DNA of 32,000 nt, from positions 150,001 through 182,000 of the forward strand of contig JBDHVY010000001.1 of assembly GCA_039809905.1 (NCBI GenBank). Reading direction: 5' to 3'. Made by a program: the position numbers and the translations under genes. Shown one piece after another: positions 25,994-32,000 of the stretch; position 1 is the first letter of the stretch; each line of letters opens with the position of its first letter. The notes below the pieces were generated by a model, which searched no databases, had not been told where the DNA came from, and saw nothing but the letters and a program-made list of their open reading frames with translations. The stretch is from Candidatus Babelota bacterium. Its GTDB lineage: Bacteria; Babelota; Babeliae; Babelales; Vermiphilaceae.

Positions 25994-27550
25994 ATGAGTT
26001 CAACAGTTAAACGTTTAGCAAGTTCTGAATTAATGATTTGGGTATTGGTTTGTGTCATTGGTATGTATTTTATGTATCCATTACGCAAATCTTTACGTTT
26101 CGGTATAGATTTAGTTGGTGGAACATATTTAACACTTGAAGTACAAACAGATAAAGCTCTTGATGCTGAATTACTGAGCAAACTGCAAAGTATCGATGCT
26201 AAACTTAAGCGCGAACGATCTATTTCTGTTATATCAAAGACTATTGCTGATCAAAAAATTATTCTTACTTTTGAAAATCAACAACAAGCTCAAGAGGCTC
26301 ACCGCATACTCAAAAAAGAAATAACCGATTTAGAGCAAACTGTTCAAAGAAACACGATAACCTTAAGTTTTTCCGATCAAATAGAAAAACGCATTAAATC
26401 TGATGCCGTTTCACGAAACATTGCTGTATTACATACGCGTCTAGATAGATTTAGCGTTGCAGAAATTCTCATTATTCCTCAAGGCGAAAAAAATATTATT
26501 GTTGAACTTCCTGATGTTGCCAATCCACAAGAAGCAAAAGATGCTATTGGTCGCGCAGCACTTCTTGAATTCAAAATAGTAGAAAAAGTTGGCACAAGCG
26601 AAAGAGAATTATTGCTTGAATATGATGGTGAACTTCCTGATGATTTACAAATTTTGCCAGGTGAACGTGAAAACGGAAGAAACTTATATTACGTGGTACA
26701 AAGATTTGCAAAAGTAACGGGAAACATGCTTACTGATGCAAAAGCTTCTATTGCAAGTGAAATGGGAGGCGTAAAGCCAGTTGTAGCTTTCTCATTCGGT
26801 GATGAAGGCGCTGAGAGATTTTATGATCTGACAAGCAAAAACCTGAAACGTCAACTTGCTATAGTTCTTGATGGTGAAGTAATTTCTGCTCCTTCAATAA
26901 ATAGTGCTATTCGTGGCAGCGGTCAAATTGAAGGCAATTTCACAACTGCAGAAGCAAGAAACCTGGCATATCTTCTTAAATCAGGATCATTTGCTGCACC
27001 TGTTACCTTTGAAGAAGAACGTCAAATTGGACCATCTTTGGGTGCTGAATCAGTACGTAATGGTTTAATGTCTTGCCTTGGTGGTTTTTTAATTGTCTTA
27101 TTATTTAGCTTATATTATTACAAACTCTGTGGATTGCTTGCAGCAATCACCTTGCTCTATAACTTGGTATTAATACTTTTCGGTATAAAATGGATGGGTG
27201 CAACACTAACATTACCTGGTATTGCGGGAATGGTACTGACCATTGGTATGGCGATTGATGCATCAATTCTTATTTTTGAGCGCATTAAAGAAGAATTGGC
27301 AAAAGGAAGCAGTGTAAAAAATGCTGTTGATAATGGGTTTGCTGGCGCAATGGCAGTTATTTTGGATGGTAATATTACTACCTTTATTAGTGGTATTGTT
27401 CTCTATCATTTAGGATCAGGACCGATCCAAGGTTTTGCAGTAACCCTTATGTTAGGAATTATAGGTACATTAATTGCAACATTGTTTTTCTTAAGATCAT
27501 CTTTTAAGTTTATTTTAAGTAATTTTAGCATTCAAAAGCTTTCCATTTAA
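25994..27550 (+). CDS. secD: Protein translocase subunit SecD
   Basis: [84 protein letters not shown]. Confidence 0.92.
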   Translation: [518 protein letters not shown]

Positions 27551-27571
27551 AAAATCTTTTGATATAATTAA

Positions 27572-27599
27572 TACCCATCAAGCATTACGTTTGATGGGT
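27572..27599 (+). terminator. Hairpin after secD, probable terminator
   Basis: ACCCATCAAgcattacgtTTGATGGGT followed by GGTTTC. Confidence 0.45.
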
Positions 27600-27635
27600 G
27601 GTTTCAATAAACCAATACAACCTTGATAGTTAAAT

Positions 27636-27712
27636 GACGGCGTAGCTCAGTTGGTTAGAGCGGCGGAATCATAATCCGTAGGTCCGGGGTTCAAATCCCT
27701 GCGCCGTTACCA
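27636..27712 (+). tRNA. tRNA with CAT anticodon (Met elongator or Ile2), CCA encoded
   Basis: GACGGCGTAGCTCAGTTGGTTAGAGCGGCGGAATCATAATCCGTAGGTCCGGGGTTCAAATCCCTGCGCCGTTACCA. Confidence 0.92.
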
Positions 27713-27799
27713 TAATTTTACCCCAACTTCATAAATTACGTTGGGGACTCTGCAGAAAAATTTACTGCAGTAACCAAACAAAACGATCTCACATTACTC

Positions 27800-28384
27800 A
27801 TGGCTGACAAACACATTTCTTTACCAATGCTTTTGACTTATATACGATTAATTGGCGCACCACTTGTGTTGCCTTTTTTTATTGTATATCTTTTGTCTTA
27901 TAACATCGTTTGGCTCAATTGCTGTTTATCTTTCTTATTTTTTTTATTTGGATTAACTGATTTTTTTGATGGATACCTAGCTCGTAAATATAATCAAGTT
28001 ACACCTCAAGGAGCAGTGCTTGATCATGTTGCCGATAAATTCTTATTATATTCAACACTTATCGCACTCGTTGATGCACATAAATTACATTTTTTTTGGG
28101 CAATACTATGGATTGGTAGGGAGTTTTTTATAATGGCATTACGCCAGGTTGCTTTAGAAAAAAATTTTTCTATCACTGTCTCTTCATATGGCAAACTCAA
28201 AACGGTTGTGCAAATAGCATGCTTAACCCTTATAATTGGCAATCCTGATCACTCTCTCAATCTATTTTCATCGTATTGTAATATAGCAGAAATGACATTA
28301 CTCATTATTGCAACAATGTTATCATTGGTAAGTGCTTATAATTATTTTTCCGTTTTTAGGAAAGAACTGCTTCATAAGAGTTAA
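27800..28384 (+). CDS. pgsA: CDP-alcohol phosphatidyltransferase, probable phosphatidylglycerophosphate synthase
   Basis: Complete motif DFFDGYLARKYNQVTPQGAVLDHVADK = DxxDGxxARx8GxxxDxxxD. Confidence 0.85.
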   Translation: MADKHISLPMLLTYIRLIGAPLVLPFFIVYLLSYNIVWLNCCLSFLFFLFGLTDFFDGYLARKYNQVTPQGAVLDHVADKFLLYSTLIALVDAHKLHFFWAILWIGREFFIMALRQVALEKNFSITVSSYGKLKTVVQIACLTLIIGNPDHSLNLFSSYCNIAEMTLLIIATMLSLVSAYNYFSVFRKELLHKS

Positions 28385-28400
28385 TTTTTTTCATAAAAAA

Positions 28401-28429
28401 ACCTCATGCATTATTTAAATATGCATGAG
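28401..28429. terminator. Bidirectional hairpin terminator between convergent genes
   Basis: CCTCATGCAT tatttaaat ATGCATGAGG. Confidence 0.7.
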
Positions 28430-28447
28430 GCTAAAAGTAAATTTTAT

Positions 28448-29209
28448 TTATTTTTTTTGATTCGCTTCAATATATTCTAGCATAAGTCTTTTATAGTTTT
28501 GCAGTTCAGATTTTTGTGTTACAAACAGCTTAAGTTCATCATATTCTGGATGTGATGATATAAAATCAATAATCGCTTTGAATATAATTGGCGCTGCTTT
28601 ATCTCTGGGAAAACCAAGATCGATGCTTAGTTGCTGCAGCACCACTTTCTTTTTATTGATTATTTCTTCAGAATCCAGAATCCCTTGTAGAAGATTTTTA
28701 TAACAATTATACAAATCTACACCTGCTGCCTGTAAAGCTACATCTCCCAAAAGCGGCCTTCTTCGATTAGACGGAGTAAAATATTCATAATTTTTAGGAT
28801 TTTTATACATTCTTCCATATCCAATACGTGGCTCATAAACAGTTACAAGATCACAGCTGACTGTGTAATTTACTGCTTGCTTATATAACGATTTACTTTC
28901 TTCACCTTCCCAAGATCTATATACATCATCGCTAGAACCACTATCATATCCCGGAGGAATAACCCTGACCATCTTTTCTTTGGAAACAAACATATCACCT
29001 AATTTGTACACATCATCAAACTCTGGTTCCGATAAACTGCTTTGCTGATTTAATCCAACAACCATTACACCACAATCCGAATGCCTATTATACATGTTGC
29101 CTTTGGCAACACAAAAAGTAGTTTTGTTAATTGCAATCCGATAAGAATTACTTTCTGCTGCACGTAAACTTGAAAACAAAACACATAGTATTATTATACT
29201 TTTTTTCAC
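28448..29209 (-). CDS. Hypothetical predicted secreted protein
   Basis: GTG start at 29209 with an AAGGAG site 5 nt upstream gives VKKSIIILCVLFSSLRAAES signal peptide (track start 29248). No family recognised. Confidence 0.6.
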   Translation of the reverse strand: MKKSIIILCVLFSSLRAAESNSYRIAINKTTFCVAKGNMYNRHSDCGVMVVGLNQQSSLSEPEFDDVYKLGDMFVSKEKMVRVIPPGYDSGSSDDVYRSWEGEESKSLYKQAVNYTVSCDLVTVYEPRIGYGRMYKNPKNYEYFTPSNRRRPLLGDVALQAAGVDLYNCYKNLLQGILDSEEIINKKKVVLQQLSIDLGFPRDKAAPIIFKAIIDFISSHPEYDELKLFVTQKSELQNYKRLMLEYIEANQKK

Positions 29210-29495
29210 GAGAGCTCCTTTTTTATTATATTTTATAACCCATCTCAAAATACAAAGTAAAAAAGTAATAACACAAAAAAGTCATTTTTCATAGCTGATC
29301 TTGATGCCTACGCACCCTATCCTAAAATATTTCAAACTGAAACAAGACCCCTAGTTTCTTTATCCAAAAAGAAGATTACTATGTTTTCAACTTGACTTTT
29401 TTAATCAATACAAGCAATATTATAATATTATTACTATTTTGAATTCCTTTTACATAAGGCTTTAATTGCCATAAAATTTCTAATTGAAGGTTATT

Positions 29496-31154
29496 ATGAA
29501 TTACAAACATACTCTTCTTTTTATCACAAATGCGTTCTTGCTCTCTATATCATTGACAACAAGCCCAATGAATACTAAGCGCGCAGCTCTTCAACAAAAA
29601 TTAAAAGCTAAACAGACCGATAAACTTGCTGCTACAGAAGGCCTTATAATAGCATGCCGTAAGAATAATCCTGTGCTAGCTCAAGCGTGGATCAAAGATG
29701 GAGCGAATGTAAATCATCAATCCAATATAGATGGTACTCTGTATACACCTTTACACATTGCTTGCATAAACAATAATCCTGACCTATCAAAGTTGCTTCT
29801 TGATCACGGAGCAGATGCATCTTGCCTTACAACAGTCAAGAAAGATAATGAAATTCATATGCAACCTAGTCCATGGCTTATTGCCTGTGAAAATGGCTTT
29901 GCCGATATTTGTGATCATATGATTACTAAAGACCATAATGTCATTTTTTCTTCTACACCAGCAGGATATGTTGGTCTTCATTTATCAGCACAAAATAAGC
30001 ATATTGATATTACACAAAAAATTATTGCCGCAGACAGAAAAAAAATCTTAATAAATAAACAAACAACGATCAGACAAGAAACACCTCTGCATTTATCTGT
30101 TTTTAACAAAGACATGGAAACAACAAAGATTCTAGTCGAAAGTGGTGCAAATGTTGATTGTCGATTGAAAAATGGTACAACACCACTTTTTTATGCCGTT
30201 AAAAATAATCTATATCAGATTGCAGAGTATCTGCTTAAAAATAGAGCTAATCCGAACATATCCTTTGAAGCTGGTATCTCGCATTTGCACATAGCCTGTT
30301 TAGAAAATCTTGCCGATATGGCAAAACTGCTGATCGCTCATAAAGCAAATCCCAATACACAAACAAAAAATGGAATATCTCCGCTTTTTGGAGCACTGAT
30401 TAAGAAGGATATTCCTATCTTCAAAATACTTTTAGATGCTGGTGCGAATGTGAATGTAGCAAGTGCAAAAGGCATTACTCTTCTGAATCATGCTGAAGAA
30501 ATGAATCACCCAGAAATCATAAAGCTTCTAGAAGAAAAAGGACTACGTCTAATCTCTCAAAAAGAAGCTGCAATAAAAAGTAATTCTTTTTTTGAAACAC
30601 TTAACCAAGAGACTCCTTGCTCAGAAAACAAGGAAGAAATACAGCACGCTCTTCTAGAAACTAAAGATGCTTCCTCAAAGCCTGAAATCGTTGTGCCACA
30701 TACTTCTGATAATCAAATAATAGATAATGATAATAAAGAAAATACACCTATTATTATCAACGTTCCAGCAAAAGTTGCTACTATACAACGCGTTGAAAAA
30801 AAGCCTACTAAATCTCAAGCGCAACCTTCGAACAGCAAACAAAAAGCAACAAAAATAGCACAGAAACCAAGCGAATCACCTAAGCGCATCAAATATACCG
30901 TATTACAATCTAAAAACTTTAATTGGCCTCGATCTCTTTCTTCCCAACAAGAACAAAATTTCATGAACCGCTTAAAAGATTTACAGGATATAACTTCACC
31001 AGATTTAAGCTCTGACATTAAACCTCTTAAAGGAGAATTGGCAGGCAAATTCAGAATGCGCGTTGGTGGCCATCGTGTTCTTTTTTCTGTTGATCACCAA
31101 AAACAGGAAGTTATTATTCACGGCATTCAACTGAGAAAAAACGTCTATAAATAA
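29496..31154 (+). CDS. Predicted secreted ankyrin-repeat protein with C-terminal RelE/ParE-superfamily toxin-like domain
   Basis: Signal peptide MNYKHTLLFITNAFLLSISL; about 8-9 ankyrin repeats (e.g. TPLHIACINNNPDLSKLLLDHGADA); C-terminus LKGELAGKFRMRVGGHRVLFSVDHQKQEVIIHGIQLRKNVYK. Start moved from 29484 to ATG 29496, preceded by GAAGG. Confidence 0.8.
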   Translation: MNYKHTLLFITNAFLLSISLTTSPMNTKRAALQQKLKAKQTDKLAATEGLIIACRKNNPVLAQAWIKDGANVNHQSNIDGTLYTPLHIACINNNPDLSKLLLDHGADASCLTTVKKDNEIHMQPSPWLIACENGFADICDHMITKDHNVIFSSTPAGYVGLHLSAQNKHIDITQKIIAADRKKILINKQTTIRQETPLHLSVFNKDMETTKILVESGANVDCRLKNGTTPLFYAVKNNLYQIAEYLLKNRANPNISFEAGISHLHIACLENLADMAKLLIAHKANPNTQTKNGISPLFGALIKKDIPIFKILLDAGANVNVASAKGITLLNHAEEMNHPEIIKLLEEKGLRLISQKEAAIKSNSFFETLNQETPCSENKEEIQHALLETKDASSKPEIVVPHTSDNQIIDNDNKENTPIIINVPAKVATIQRVEKKPTKSQAQPSNSKQKATKIAQKPSESPKRIKYTVLQSKNFNWPRSLSSQQEQNFMNRLKDLQDITSPDLSSDIKPLKGELAGKFRMRVGGHRVLFSVDHQKQEVIIHGIQLRKNVYK

Positions 31155-31218
31155 ATATTGATCTATATTTTTTGATTCATTAGGTCTCCTTCGAAGCTAA
31201 ACAAATTGATTGTATTCT

Positions 31219-31343
31219 GCGCGCTCATTCTGAACTTGTTGAAGAATCAAAGCGCGCTATTATTCTTTTCACCCAATTTCCACTTCGTTTCTATTGGGTA
31301 CCCGCCTAAAGACACTGAAGGTGGGTTTAAGCTAATGAGCGCG
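31219..31343. repeat. Nested multi-hairpin palindromic intergenic element
   Basis: Inverted pairs: 31219..31225/31251..31257, 31271..31277/31293..31299, 31300..31307/31319..31326 (one wobble), and outer 31220..31229/31334..31343. Confidence 0.75.
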
Positions 31344-31390
31344 TAGGAAATTTAAGCTAAAATAGTATAGAAAGAAGTCTGATTCAATTA

Positions 31391-32000
31391 CTATTTTGAC
31401 TTTGAATATAAAGCTGGTGCAGCTTTATCACATAATTCTTTATAATATTCATAGAGATCTGTGGGCTGAGGATTGCCATTCTCACGGGCATGTACTATGC
31501 ATAACCATATAGAATCATAATCATGAGGTTTTTTATGTACATATGCAAAAATAGTATCAACAGCAATTTTTACTACATCTTTCCAAGGAATGCCACTTCT
31601 GAGACCAAGAGGTAAAAAAGCTATTTTACGAGACGATCTGTTATCTCGCGCAAAAGAATTTAATGCGTTTTGATAACACCAAGCAAGATCTTTTTTGGCT
31701 TCTTCTAATGCTTGAACACCACGAAAATCAACGCTAGTTGAAAAGATTTTTTCTGCTCTCAATTTCGCTCGTACTGTTTCATATACATAATTATTGGTAT
31801 ATTTTTTTGCTTCTCCATCCCAACATTCTTCTTGCGCTAAACGTGGCTCTGCTACAAGAATAACTCTGCTAAGCATCATGGTGTGACGAACACTATTACT
31901 ATTTCTGTTTTTCCCATAAGAATAATCAAATGGTTCATAATTAATCTGTTTTGGTAAGCAAATGATATTACCTTGAGAGTAATATAACCTTCCCGCTAAT
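31391..32000 (-). CDS. Possible macrodomain-like protein, 5' end beyond the right window edge
   Basis: The frame stays open past the track start at 31879 to the window edge (...LAGRLYYSQGNIICLPKQINYEPFDYSYGKNRNSNSVRHTMMLSR...). CYQNALNSFARDNRSSRKIAFLPLGLRSGIPWKDVVKIAVDTIFAYV resembles a macrodomain C-terminal half. Confidence 0.4.
   Translation of the reverse strand, partial: LAGRLYYSQGNIICLPKQINYEPFDYSYGKNRNSNSVRHTMMLSRVILVAEPRLAQEECWDGEAKKYTNNYVYETVRAKLRAEKIFSTSVDFRGVQALEEAKKDLAWCYQNALNSFARDNRSSRKIAFLPLGLRSGIPWKDVVKIAVDTIFAYVHKKPHDYDSIWLCIVHARENGNPQPTDLYEYYKELCDKAAPALYSKSK

Noticed and set aside
1-32000. CRISPR array, retron, prophage, transposase or restriction-modification/defence operon
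   Set aside because: No regularly spaced direct repeats, reverse transcriptase, integrase/transposase or methyltransferase/nuclease defence cassette was seen in the ORFs or intergenic regions.

Overview
AT-rich 32 kb bacterial window with 27 supportable CDSs (two cut by the window edges), one degraded kinase gene, five tRNAs and many hairpin terminators. By inference only (gene content, many Sec-type signal peptides, ankyrin and eukaryote-like proteins), it resembles a host-associated Dependentiae/TM6-type bacterium. Housekeeping genes: ppsA, rpmE-prfA, mreC, hemW-like, secD, pgsA-like, a sppA-like S49 peptidase, and tRNA-Val/Asn/Asp, tRNA-Leu and tRNA-Met/Ile2. Around them lie predicted secreted, effector-like proteins: cPLA2-type lipase, C11 peptidase, alpha/beta hydrolase, PLD-like, HIT, HAD, GNAT and ankyrin proteins. 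Most interesting: (i) a signal peptide + ankyrin array + C-terminal RelE/ParE-like toxin domain fusion (29496..31154); (ii) a compact signal peptide + HINT + C-terminal toxin protein with an adjacent candidate immunity gene (12529..14034); (iii) a bacterial cytosolic-PLA2-like enzyme with all three catalytic blocks (4026..5645); (iv) a family of structured palindromic elements, including two 35-nt repeats whose stems absorb the 3' CCA of tRNA-Asn and tRNA-Val and show compensatory stem changes, and whose loop core recurs in a 20-bp perfect inverted repeat in the ppsA leader. All calls come from reading the sequence; no database search or computation was run.
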